DNA of 41,518 nucleotides from Octopus sinensis (GCF_006345805.1 NW_021835277.1:1-41518); one strand, 5' to 3'; counted from the stretch's first letter, positions 10,928 to 23,464 are shown. A program made the numbers and translations. Notes: generated from the letters alone by a model not told the origin.

Positions 10928-11383
10928 TTGTTGTTGTCGATTTACGACTGCAATTGGTTCCAAATGACTAGTCATAAGTCAATAGGCCTATAGGTCTACA
11001 TAGCTTTGTTTTGTATTTTTATGCTCTTAAAGGACATTCTCAGGTAAAACTCACACACAGCATTCTATATTATACTATTATTCTGGAGTTAGTGAAAATT
11101 TCTGAGCTTCAAGCAGTTGTCTTATGAACAAATACGAGGTTGCCTCAATGTCTCTGTGACTGGATATCCATCCAGCACTTGGGATAACCATGTGGCAATT
11201 GATAACCAAACTTAAGGGAAGCATCTGTTAGCTGATATCATCCATAGTCAGGTTAATTTCTAAGAAATTAAACCCAATAGATTTCAACTGGACTATTTAT
11301 TATTGCTAACATGAGCTGGCACACTAATCATCATGATGTTGATTGGTCGTAAGTCAGATAGGCTGTAAGTTGATGATGACCTG
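10927..11383. mobile_element. Decayed Tc1/mariner (Tigger/pogo-like) MITE
   Basis: Left end TA|cttgttgttgtcgatttacgac and right-end reverse complement caggtcatcatcaacttacagc both fit a CpG-decayed caggtcgtcgtcgacttacgac TIR; internal gtcRtaagtc copies near both ends. Confidence 0.5.
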
Positions 11384-11539
11384 ATTATATATACATATAT
11401 ATATATGTATTATATGAATTAGAGATAAAACCACTATTATGCAACTCAAACAGTGATAGACATAAACCAATACATAAATAACAAATAATATAAATATAAT
11501 TAATATAATATATATAATATAATTAATATAATATATATA

Positions 11540-11797
11540 TCATCATCATCATCATCATCATCATCATCGTTTAGCGTCCGTTTTCCATGCTAGCATGGGT
11601 TGGACGGTTCTACTGGGGTCTGTGAAGCCAGAAGGCTTCATCAGGCCTAGTCAAATCTGGCAGTGTTTCTATGGCTGGATGCCCTTCCTAACGCCAACCA
11701 CTCCGTGAGTGTAGTGGGTGCTTTTTACATGCCACCCGCACAGGTGCCAGACAGAGCTGGCAAACGGCCACGAACGGATGGTGCTTTTTATGTGCCA
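11540..11797 (-). mobile_element. RTE-tailed non-autonomous element/SINE fragment (family D)
   Basis: Minus strand ...ggttggcgttaggaagggcatccagc...agcatggaaaacggacgctaaac(gat)n. Confidence 0.8.
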
Positions 11798-11827
11798 CAT
11801 ATATATATATATATATGTATATATACA

Positions 11828-12331
11828 CAACTATAAGAGAGAATCCACTATGTGGACATTCTTACGCTAGATATAGATCCGCAAAGGGAATCCACCACTA
11901 AGAATTGTTCTCAAGTAATAATTCAACACACCAAAAATGTAAGCGAGCAGGACAAATGAAAAATAATGAAAATATAGATTAACCCTATAGAATTGTTTCA
12001 TCGTTAATAAATTATGTAATTTTACTTACATAAATATCTTAGAATCTTCAGTAGAGTACGTCAAAAATATAATTTGTCAAACTGCATGGCAAATATCACC
12101 GGCAGTAAATTACTTATGCAGTATTTATATCCGGGAATTTAGCACGCCAGAACGAGGGCATTTGAATGTAACTGTGAATATAATTGGCCGAACTGTGCGT
12201 CTCTCTCTAACCTCGTGTTGATATTTGCCGTGCAGTTCGACAAATTATATTTTTGACGTACTCTACTGAAGATTCTAATATATTTATGTAAGCAAAATTA
12301 CATAATTTATTAACGATGAAACAATTGTATA
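11828..12331 (-). mobile_element. Penelope-like terminal fragment with inverted duplication (arms 11986-12098 / 12219-12331), each arm carrying a hammerhead-like motif
   Basis: ctcta-CTGAAGA-[long stem II]-GAAA-C-aatt-GTA in the + arm; the - arm (11983-12056) ends GAAACAATTCTA-taggg, which pairs with ctcta. Confidence 0.6.
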
Positions 12332-12867
12332 ACATTCCTGCTGAGATCCTCAAGCATAGTGCAAATATACTGGGGCACGCGATTCATCAAGTTATCACCC
12401 GGGTTTGGGATACGGAAACCCTCCCCCAAGACTTGGGTGACGCGACACTGGTACTTTTCTTTAAGAAAGGCGATAAACGCTGCTGCAACAACTACCGTGG
12501 CATCAGTCTGATTGACGTTTCAGTCAAAATATTTGAATCTATTCTTCTGAGACGATTCCAATGAGAACGTGACTCTAGAACAAGACCAAACCAGTGTGGT
12601 TTCCATCCAAATCGAGGCTGCACTGATCAAATCTTCACCCTAAGATGAATCCTTGAATACCGTTGGTGCTTTCAGCAAAAAACAGTCATCTGCTTTGTTG
12701 ATTTTGCTGCTGCATTCGACTCTTGAAGGTGTTGCAGGCAGATGGTATCCCACCAAAACTTCTCAATCTTATCAAAGCTTATTACCGCTCAACAAGATCC
12801 CACGTACGCGTGTATGGTGAAGTGTCAGAACCCTTCGAAATACGGTCTGGTGTTCGGCAAGGATGTT
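12332..12867 (+). mobile_element. RTE-clade LINE reverse transcriptase fragment (pseudogenised)
   Basis: IPAEILK...KKGDKRCCNNYRGISL...QCGFHPNRGCTDQIFTLR...FVDFAAAFDS...GVRQGC, with stops and a deletion. Confidence 0.92.
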
Positions 12868-12957
12868 GAAATTACAATGAAGGAGCCCTGAATCTAGATT
12901 GGAAACTGGCTTTTTTTACACACACACACACACACATATACATATACATATCTATAG

Positions 12958-13005
<48 letters not shown>

Positions 13006-13033
13006 TCTATCTATCTATCTATCTCTATTCTTC

Positions 13034-13090
<57 letters not shown>

Positions 13091-13421
13091 GTGGAACAAA
13101 CAGACGAAACAGAACTCAACACATGAATATATCTGCTTTTATATTAGTTTCAATATAATGAGTGTTGCACAAAAATACTCATGCACAGAATTTCAGCATT
13201 TGAGTAACTTCATAAAATATGTATGCCCATATATGTGTTTGTGTATGTATGTATGTATGTATACACACACACACTAATATGTATGATATACATAATATTA
13301 TGTGTATATATATATTATATATATATAACATATATAATAATATATATTATACATATATAATATATATATATATTATATATATATATACACATATATATAC
13401 ATATATACATACATCATACAT

Positions 13422-13464
<43 letters not shown>

Positions 13465-14045
13465 CATACATAAATGCACACACATATATACTTACATACA
13501 CACACATATATACTTCATACACACTTACACATATGCCCACATTTACTAGAGCCAGTAACATCTTAACATATCTTTGAATTGATCTTTCGCAGATATATTA
13601 TTTTGTAATTTCTTGTCTTTATATGGATTTAATGATTGATTCTATTCTATTCTTCATGACAGCATCTTTTTTTTTTCCACCTTGCTTGTTATCTCTCTTA
13701 ATGTTCATGTTAGAGAAATCTAATTTCTCTAAGCTTCAGTAGGAGAGATTAGCAGTAAATGAATGACATTTCTCATAGAAAATTTCAACACCTAATATTG
13801 CTAAAACATTGTCTTCCCTTTAAATTGCATTGTTGAAAGTATGGCATGCTCATAGTTAATGCTTGCAATTTTTTTTTTTTTCTTTTTGCAAAAGACAGAT
13901 TCTTCGTCAAATATTCACCTTCTCTTTCATCGACAATGTTTTTAGCTAATTTAATATGTTGGTATAGCTTTCTGAGTGGTTTATAGCCTACTTCTAACGT
14001 TAAGATTTATATTTTATTGCAACTTTATCACTGAAAAATGATTTA

Positions 14046-14113
14046 TCATTTTCTCTTTCCAAAGATTTCTTCAAAATTTACACTTAATTTGCAATTTGTT
14101 TCACTGATAATTT
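14046..14113 (-). CDS. Weak candidate terminal coding exon (xIISETNCKLSVNFEEIFGKRK*)
   Basis: Acceptor ttcctttcag, open frame to TGA, AATAAA ~28 nt downstream, in apparently unique sequence. No homolog recognised. Confidence 0.2.
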
Positions 14114-14184
14114 CTGAAAGGAATCTACATTATGCGTGTGCATATATATGAGTCAGCATGTATGTTTATATATGTATATTTATA

Positions 14185-14213
<29 letters not shown>

Positions 14214-14216
<3 letters not shown>

Positions 14217-14358
14217 TCATCATCATCATCGTTTAGCGTCCGTTTTCCATGCTAGCATGGGTTGGACGGTTCTATTGGGGTCTGTGAGCCAGAAGGCTTC
14301 ATCAGGCCCAGTCAAATCTGGCAGTGTTTCTACGGCTGGATGCCCTTCCTAACGCCAA
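14214..14358 (-). mobile_element. Family D 3' fragment
   Basis: Near-identical to 11540-11697; (CAT)n tail. Confidence 0.8.
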
Positions 14359-14418
14359 TGTATAATATAATTATATATATATATATATATATATATACCA
14401 TATATCTATATATATAGC

Positions 14419-14490
<72 letters not shown>

Positions 14491-15269
14491 CATATATATA
14501 TAGAATATACATATACACAAAAAAAACTATATAATATAACATATATATACGTATATATATACATATATATATATACATATATATATATATGCATACATAT
14601 ATATATATGTATGTTTATATATATATACATATAAATATACACACATACACACACACACATATATATATTTATGTGTGTATGTATGTATGTATGTATGTAT
14701 GTTTGTATATATATGTATGCATATGCATATGATGTGATTTGATATGACATGTATATATGCATGTGTATATGAGTAAGTATATGCACATACATACACAAGC
14801 AAATATGCTCACATAAATATATTGTAATTAGATGAATTTTGTGCGTTTCCTCACATTTTACTTGTTTAAAATGAACTAAATATAATGTTAGTTAAGCAAA
14901 ATACAATTAACAAACTGATAAAATTAATAATATATTAATAAATACTATTTGTGCAACATAAATGCCACTAAGTCGTCTACCACTCTGTCGTCTACCATTT
15001 CTGTCTCTCAGCTGTATTCATGTATATTCTAGCAACATCTAGTTTGAAAAATATTTAACAGTATAAGGGTTTCTAAGTGTGACACACTGACACACAGAAA
15101 TTAGTTTTTGCACTTATTATATTAGATTATAAGGGGTTTCATATTATGTCACTTTAAGGCTCTACATTTCTGCAATCAACCAACGAGGGAACCATTATAT
15201 TGTCATCTAAGATGCTAGTAATAGCAGCCAAATCTTCATTAACTAATCACTCCCACAGACCATTTTTTC

Positions 15270-15449
15270 TTTTATTCTTTTACTTGCTTCAGTCATTTGA
15301 CTGTGGCTACACCGGGGCATCACCTTGAAGGGTTTTAGTCGAACAAATCAACCCCAGGGCTTATATTTTTCTTAAGCCCCTTACTTATTCTATCGAGCTT
15401 TTTGCTAAACTGCTAATTACAGAGACATAAACACACCAACACTGGTTGT

Positions 15450-15480
<31 letters not shown>

Positions 15481-15635
15481 GACGGGCTTCTTTCAGTTTC
15501 CATCTACTAAATCCACTTATAAGGCTTTGGTCAACCTGAGGCTATAGTAGAAGACACTTGCCCAAGGTGTCATGCAGTGGGACTGAACTCAGAACCATGT
15601 GGTTGGGAAGCAAGCTTCTTACCACACAGCCATGC
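15270..15635 (-). mobile_element. Diverged family A-like SINE
   Basis: Colinear with family A head, body and tail, with many substitutions. Confidence 0.8.
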
Positions 15636-15654
15636 CAACACTTATGTTAAATAA

Positions 15655-16030
15655 TTCTTTCTAATTTTTGACACAAGGCCAGTAATTTGACAGGAAAGGA
15701 CCATTTAATTTCATTGATTCTAGTGCTTAACAAGCATTTTCTTTTTATTGACCCTGAAATGTTGAAAGGGAAAATTGAGCATGGCAAGGTACTAAGAACC
15801 ACTAGCATAGCTAGTGGGGCGGTAAGGGCAGCACTTTTAAAGGGGCCCTACTTTTGGGTCTGCTGGAGGCAATATGTGGTTTTTGTGTGGTCCAGGGGTG
15901 ACATACAGAAGGACTACCCCAGGCAGCACACAATTTAGCTATGCTAGTGCTAAGAACATAAAGAGCCAAAAGAAATGGTGCTAAGTATTTTGTCCAAGGT
16001 GCTAGCAATTTTGTCAGCTTACTGAATGCT
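15655..16030 (-). mobile_element. Old family B-related SINE interrupted by a MITE
   Basis: tttattgaccctgaaatgttgaaagggaaaattgag...; head remnant gctaagtattttgtccaaggtgctagcaattttgtcagct. Confidence 0.5.
15800..15949. mobile_element. hAT-superfamily MITE, 150 bp
   Basis: Perfect 14-bp TIR cactagcatagcta (15800-15813) / tagctatgctagtg (15936-15949); 8-bp TSD ctaagaac at 15792-15799 and 15950-15957. Confidence 0.88.
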
Positions 16031-16039
16031 AATTCTTTC

Positions 16040-16432
16040 CAAATTTGGCTCAAAACCAGCAATTTTTAAGGGAGGGAGCAAGTCAATAACACTGATGGCA
16101 ATTCTTGATAGGTGTTTTATTTCATTAACCCCAAAATGTTGAAAGGCGAAGTTGACCTTGGTGGAATTTGAACTCAGAGAATAACGAGACAGACTTAATA
16201 CCTATTTCTTTACTACCCACAAGGGGCTAAACACAGAGGAGACAAACAAGGACAGACAAACGGATTAAGTCGATTATATTGACCCCCAGTCCGTAACTGG
16301 TACTTATTTAATCTACCCCGAAAGGATGAAAGGCAAAGTCGACCTCGGAGGAATTTGAACTCAGAACGTAACGGCAGACCAAATACGGCTACACATTTCA
16401 CCCAGTGTACTAACATCTCTGCCAGCTCGCCA
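16040..16432 (-). mobile_element. Young family B SINE (16203-16432) joined at the canonical junction to an older related SINE body (16040-16202)
   Basis: Minus strand ...gtaaagaaata|ggtattaagtctgtc...gagttcaaattccaccaaggtcaac; the second body is much more diverged and has a different 3' end. Confidence 0.75.
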
Positions 16433-16589
16433 CAATACTCTAACCTCTCGCCCCTCATCCCCTCGAATACTGACTCTCCTTGATACAGTCAAGGGGGCTT
16501 TTTTCTTCTTCTTTTCTTCCAGCCACTCTATTTCTCCCTTCTTTTTTGCAAGCTTATTTTTCTTACTTTGCAAGTTACTTGGTAATCGT

Positions 16590-17045
16590 GTTAGTGCTCA
16601 AGGCATGTAAAAAAAAAAACGCCCAGTACACTTTGTAAAGTGTTTTTGCATTAGGAAGGACATCCAGCCATAGAAACCAGGCCAAGTCTGACCCTGGAGC
16701 TCAACGTAGCCTTATGGCTCGTCAGATCCTGTCAAACCATGCAACCCATACCAGCATAGAAAACAGATATTAAATGATGATGATGATGACAACGATAGTG
16801 ATGATGACGATGATGGTGGTAGTGGTGGTGGTGGTGGTGGTGGTGATGATGGTGATAATGATGTCAGGTTGTGATGCATTTTTTCATCGGAGTGGTTGGC
16901 ATTAGGAAGGGCATCCAGCTGTAGAAACTCTGCCAGATCAAAATTGAAGCCTGGTGCAGCCATCTGGTTTGCCAGCCCTCAGACATTCGTCCAACCCATG
17001 CTAGCATGGAAAGCGGACGTTAAACGACGATGATGATGATGATGA
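16590..17045 (+). mobile_element. Two family D fragments (16590-16800 diverged; 16888-17045) with (GAT)n/(GGT)n tracts
   Basis: gcattaggaagg(g/a)catccagc...agcatggaaagcggacgttaaacgacgatgatg. Confidence 0.75.
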
Positions 17046-17566
17046 ATGCTGAGCTAGGAATAAACACCAAGAATTGCTCATACAAACAGTGCCAAATACC
17101 CCCAGGAACTGTAAACTGGGCAAAAATCCACCACTACCACCACCACCACCTCTGCCATCATAAATAGAAAAAAAGGTAAAGCAAATGAAGTGAAATAGCA
17201 TCACACACACCACACACACACACACACACACACTATGTCGTTTGTATCATGATTGAAATTCAGGCTTAAGCAAGGCAAGTCTGCATGGCAGCCTAGCTTT
17301 GATTCTTAGTAATAACTGTCCCAGTTCCATTGCTTCTTCTTATAAAATAAAGCATAAACATAGAATAATCTCATTTCTATTGTCATATACAGTAAATATA
17401 TTAGAAATAAATATTTCCTTTAAATATCAGATTATTTATCAGATTATGGGGTACCGCTTATAATATCCCCCTTGCTACCTAATCCTGAACATGATGTATT
17501 TATCGTGTGAGTCATATTATATTCCTACCAATATGTATATTGTGTTGATTGCACCTGTTTAGTTTA

Positions 17567-17971
17567 CTCTCTTTTACTTTTACTTGTTTCAGTCATTTGA
17601 CTGCGGCCATGCTGGAGCACCGCCTTTAGTCGAGCAAATCGACCCCAGGACTTATTCTTTGTAAGCCCAGTACTTATTTTATCGGTCTCTTTTGCCGAAC
17701 CACTAAGTGACGGGGACGTAAACACACCAGCATCGGTTGTCAAGCAATGCTAGGGGAACAAACAAACTCACACAAACACACACACATACACATATATACA
17801 TATATACGACAGGCTTCTTTCAGTTTCCATCTACCAAATCCACTCACAAGGCATTGGTCGGCCCGGGGCTATAGCAGAAGACACTTGCCCAAGATGCCAC
17901 ACAGTGGGACTGAACCCGGAACCATGTGGTTGGTTAGCAAGCTACTTACCACACAGCCACTCCTGCGCCTA
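17567..17971 (-). mobile_element. SINE family A, full length
   Basis: 11-bp TSD tgtttagttta at 17556-17566 and 17972-17982. Confidence 0.92.
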
Positions 17972-18429
17972 TGTTTAGTTTAAGAACATTACTTGGATAA
18001 ATTAAATTCCTGTTTAAATTCTCTTATTGAACTGTAGTAGTTCAGGTCTTAGCATTAACAATACTTTTAACAGTCCTTTTAATTAACTATAATATTTAAT
18101 TAATTATCTGTCCAGATGATGTGTATCCCATGATGCTCCTATGTAAGAATCTACATAAAACTGCTTTCTCTAACATGACATTATGTATGTTGTACATTGA
18201 TCCTATTTCTCATCTAAAGCATCACTTAATATGCAAAATATTCTGCTCATATCTACACGGACATAAACTCCCACACGCATATACATAGACACGTAATTAT
18301 GCACCTATGTGCATGTGTATGTATGCTTGTTCATTCATATATATATGTGTATGTGTGTGATACATATGTATATATATATATATGTATGCACATATATACT
18401 GTATGCATGCATATTGTGTGTGTGTGTAT

Positions 18430-18737
<308 letters not shown>

Positions 18738-19559
18738 TCTCCAGTGAATATCATTGTAAATTAGATTCATTTACCACCAGTTTAAAATGCCATAACATTC
18801 ATCAGACAAAGACCATAATGGTTTCAAAATTTAAAAGAAATCAAAAGTAAAATTTTAATGTGTATGTTTATAAATATATATAGATAGATAATGATAGATA
18901 TTTATACACACACACACATGTATGTATGTATGTGTGTGTGTGAGTATGTGTGCGTATGAGTGTGTGTGTATAAGCACGTGTGTATATGTGTGTTTGTGTA
19001 TATGTGTGTTTGTGTATGTTTTAAATGTTTTTCTCAGTAAGTAAAACATGATGAAGAATGTGACAAGATAAACAAAAACATGTTAAGCTACTTAAAAAAA
19101 AATAAAATAAAGTTCGGACAAAAGAATAACAATTCAAAAGAAATAAAAAAAAATTTGATTGCCAAATCTATCTCGAAAATATCCCTCCAAAAATGAGTTT
19201 TAATGAATTATGTCCATAAAAACTAAAGATTCTGCGATAAAGATTCTCAGAAGAAACATTTGTTACAAGCTTCATTTGTTCTACAATGATAGATCTGAGA
19301 TTTGGTGGTTTAGATCACATCTACCTTTTATAACAGTAAACACGGTAAGATATGTTTCTACAGTGTGTATGTATATACATATTTCAATACGAATATAAAA
19401 GTATACATATACATACACAAATACATAGAAATATATCTATACATATACAATCCGCTACTCATATTTGTATATATATATATTTATGCAGATATGCATATGT
19501 ATATCATGTTATATGCATAATATTACATTGTGTATATAACATGATATACATATGAATGA

Positions 19560-19610
<51 letters not shown>

Positions 19611-19960
19611 GGTGTGTGTGTATATATATTTATGCACATATACATATGTATATCATGTTATATGCATAATATTACATTGTGTATATAACATGATATACAT
19701 ATGAGTGATATATTTTATATATATATATATAAATATATATATGAGAGAGAGAGAGTATGTGTGTGTATGAATGTATATACATACACACTCACATATATAT
19801 ATATATGTATCAACAGATAATATACATGCATACATATATCTGTGTGTGTATGAATGTATATACATACAGACTCACACATATATATATATGTATGGACAGA
19901 TAATATACACGCATACATATATCTGTGTGTGTAATTATTTTCACTCTCAGAAAATTGAAA

Positions 19961-20095
19961 AATTGTTAGTGGAAACACACATTAGATACAAAGGCAAAAC
20001 AAAGAGAGAAAGAAGCATATATATATCTATATATATATATGCTTCTTTCTCTCTTTGTTTGCCTTTGTATCTAATGTATGTTTCCACTAACAATT
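19961..20095. repeat. 135-bp near-perfect palindrome centred on a (TA)n tract
   Basis: Arms 19961-20016 / 20041-20095 differ by one substitution and one indel. Confidence 0.93.
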
Positions 20096-20804
20096 ATATA
20101 TATATATATATATATATAAGAGAAACTAAAAATCAGTGAAAATATGAACAACCATTCACTGACTGACATATTGAACAGTATGAATGATGCTATGAACATT
20201 TCTGGCTAGATGAATTTGTGCATTATTGGCTTGGGACATAAAGGTTACAGATAATTTATGTCTGTGTTAAACCTGTTTGTTTCTATTTTGAACACTATTT
20301 TCATCCCTTGACCTTTGACAATGATTGGAATATCTTAGACAATGCACAGAAGATAGTTGGTGGCAAGCTCTGAAGAGGTTAAAAATGCACGTCTTACTAA
20401 AACAGAATGAATATATTGTTCCATAAAACTGAAACACACTTGCATAATTTTATTAAGAATACTTTATATGACTTTTGCCCGAGAACAATTTCACAGAATA
20501 ATTTATCAACGCTTAAAGAAATTCTCTGTAATTCCCTAAACAGAACGAATGCTTAGCTGAAATGTAAAGTACAATATGGGATGAATAAATGTGTTTATTC
20601 CTCAGTAGATTTTCGGTATGTCACCAGACTGATAGTATAGTAAAATATTTAGTTCGCATCTAGCTATCATCCAACATTATCAGCTATTTATACTGAGAAT
20701 CATTGTACTGCTATATACACCACCGTAGGAAAGTAGTATTCGACAGTCTACTGTTAGAAGTGCTGGTTGCAATTTCATTCATACAGTGAGTTAAGAGCTA
20801 GATA

Positions 20805-21230
20805 GGCGCAGGAGTGGCTGTGTGGTAAGTAGCTTGCCTACCAACCACATGGTTCCAGGTTCAGTCCCACTGCGTGGCATCTTGGGCAAGTGTCTTCTTG
20901 CTATAGCCTCGGGCCGACCAATGCCTTGTGAGTGGATTTGGTAGACGGAAACTGAAAGAAGCCTGTCGTATATATGTATATATATGTATGTATGTATGTG
21001 TGTGTATATGTTTGTGTGTCTGTGTTTGTCCCCCTAGCATTGCTTGACAACCAATGCTGGTGTGTTTATGTCCCCGTTACTTAGCGGTTTCGGCAAAAAG
21101 AGACCGATAGAATAAGTACTGGGCTTACAAAAGAATAAGTCCCGGGATCGATTTGCTCGACTAAAGGCGGTGCTCCAGCATGGCCGCAGTCAAATGACTG
21201 AAACAAGTAAAAGAGAGAAAGAGTAAGAGA
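20805..21230 (+). mobile_element. SINE family A, full length
   Basis: Matches family A end to end. Confidence 0.9.
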
Positions 21231-21234
21231 AACA

Positions 21235-21552
21235 GTACTTATTCTATCGGTCTCTTTTTTGCCGAACGGCTAAGTTACAGGGACGTAAACACACCAGCAT
21301 CGGTTGTCAAGCAATGCTAGGGGGACAAACACAGACACACAAACATATACATACACATACATATATATACATATATACGACAGGCTTCTTTCAGTTTCCG
21401 TCTACCAAATCCACTCACAGGGCATTGGTTGGCCCGGGGCTATAGCAGAAGACACTTGCCCAAGATGCCACGCAGTGGGACTGAACCCGGAACCATGTGG
21501 TTGGTTAGCAAGCTACTTACCACACAGCCACTCCTATGCCTAGCCACTCCTG
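21235..21552 (-). mobile_element. SINE family A, 3'-truncated, tail-to-tail with the previous copy
   Basis: Reverse complement of 20805-21120; short head duplication agccactcct. Confidence 0.88.
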
Positions 21553-21689
21553 TTGTGTATCTTTGTCAGTGACATGGTGCTTTGACTGTTACAAATTGCT
21601 CAGTCTTTGGCATGCTGACTGACACTAGGTCGACTCATCTGCACATGACTCTTCCTTTCACCATTATGGTTCTTTTAATCATCTTTCAT

Positions 21690-22030
21690 CTTTCACTTGT
21701 TTCAATCATTGGATTGCAGCTATGCGGAGGTAACGCCTTGAAGGGATTTAGCTGAAAAAATTGATTTTAACCCTTTTTTTTTTAAAGTCTGGTTCTTACA
21801 TTATCGGTCTCCTTGCTGAGCTGCTGAATTATATGATATAAAGGAACCAATTCTCTGGTTGTTAAAGTATGGGACAAGCACAAGCATAAGGATATATATA
21901 CCATGAGCTTCTTTCAGTTTCCACTCATAATGCTTTGGTCAGCCAGGGGCCCTAGTAGCAGACACTTACCCAAGGTGCCATGCCATGAGACCAAACCCAG
22001 AATCATGTGGCTGGAAAGCATACTTCTTAA
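21690..22030 (-). mobile_element. Heavily diverged family A-like SINE
   Basis: cacttgtttcaatcattggattgcagc...cttctttcagtttcc...gacacttacccaaggtgcc. Confidence 0.65.
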
Positions 22031-22115
22031 ATGCTTTACTCAGTCTACTTTGCATATGAATCATTATCTTCTCTGTAAACAATCATTATTGCTTGAACTA
22101 TTTTCCTCTCCATGT

Positions 22116-22468
22116 GAACGTGGCTGATGCCAGCGCCGCCCCGACTGGCTTCTGTGCCGGTGGCGCATAAAAAGCACCATCCGAACGTGGCCGTTGCCAG
22201 CGCCGCCTTGGCTGGCTTCCGTGCCGGTGGCACGTTAAAAGCTCCAACCGATTGTGGCCGGTGCCGGACCTCCCCTGGCACCTGTGCAGGTGGCACGTAA
22301 AAAGTACCCACTACACTCGCGGAGTGGTTGGCATTAGGAAGAGCATCCAGCTGTAGAAACTCTGCCAGATCAGACAGGAGCCTGGTGCAGCCCTTGGCTT
22401 CCCAGACCCCGTTCGAACCGTCCAACCCGTGCTAGCACGGAAAACGGACGTTAAACGATGATGACGAT
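22116..22468 (+). mobile_element. Family D element with three ~60-67-nt internal tandem units and RTE-like (GAT)n tail
   Basis: Units ~22116-22182, 22183-22249, 22250-22310, each ending gtgc(c/a)ggtggcRcRtaaaa-gcacc-like. Confidence 0.8.
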
Positions 22469-22749
22469 GTGACATTGTACACTGTAATTTATTCTCTTCT
22501 TTGATGTCTATATTCCCTGCTACACAATATGAACTATGGCAGCCCAGATTGACAGGTTGTCAGTCTGTTTGTCATACCATCATTTCACACCCTATCCACA
22601 AGTGTGTTGTGTTTCTCTCAGAATCTCTAAACTGCTTAAATACAGTCAATCACAACAGTTATCACTTCTCCAAGGCCTTGGTTGTATTTCCTTAGTTTTT
22701 GATTTTGAATTCCTTTTCTTAAATTTTTTGTGAAATTTATCTAAATAAT

Positions 22750-23091
22750 CCGTAGCCAGCACCGCATCGACTGGCCTCCATGCTGGTGGCACGTAACAAA
22801 CACCATCCGATCGTGGCCGTGCCAGCCCTGCCTGGCCTTCGTGCCGGTGGCACGTAAAACACACCATCTGAGCGTGGCCATTCGCCAGCCTCGTCTGGCA
22901 CCTGTGTCGGTGGCACATAAAAAGCACCCACTACACTCACGGAGTGGTTGGCATTAGGAAGGGCATCCAGCTGTAGAAACTCTGCTAGATCTGACTGGCC
23001 TGGTGCAGCCTTCGGGCTTCCCAGACCCCAGTTAAACCGTCCAACCCATGCTAGCATGGAAAACGGACGTTAAATGATGATGATGATGATG
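22750..23091 (+). mobile_element. Family D element with three internal tandem units
   Basis: Same organisation as 22116-22468. Confidence 0.8.
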
Positions 23092-23099
23092 GTGAATCC

Positions 23100-23255
23100 T
23101 TCTATCTGTTCAGGGTTATCCACTGTTCCTTTTCTTGTTTCTCTCTCATAATCCAGGCTATTAGTTTTTGTTTTTTGTTTTGTCCACCTATTGTTCCATA
23201 TCCTCTGGACATGTCCAGCCCAAATATGTTTCATTGATTTTAGAAATTTGAACAT
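23100..23255 (-). mobile_element. Short RTE-like LINE C-terminal fragment
   Basis: KHIWAGHVQRIWNNRWTK resembles the RTE motif WAGHVxRxxDNRWT. Confidence 0.6.
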
Positions 23256-23415
23256 GGCGCAGGAGTGGCTGTGTGGTAAGTAGCTTGTTTACCAGCCACA
23301 TGGTTCCGGGTTCAGTCCCACTGCGTGGCACCTTGGGCAAGTGTCTTCTGCTATAGCCTCGGGCCGACCAAAGCCTTGTGAGTGGATTTGGTAGACGGAA
23401 ACTGAAAGAAGCCCG

Positions 23416-23464
<49 letters not shown>

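Noticed and set aside
14950-15127. Helitron remnant (minus-strand TCTAATATAATAAG start)
   Set aside because: No convincing 3' hairpin/CTAG terminus.
22183-22310. Pistol ribozyme in family D units
   Set aside because: The P1 stem plus A-rich linker resembles pistol, but P2, P3 and the GU cleavage site could not be built.
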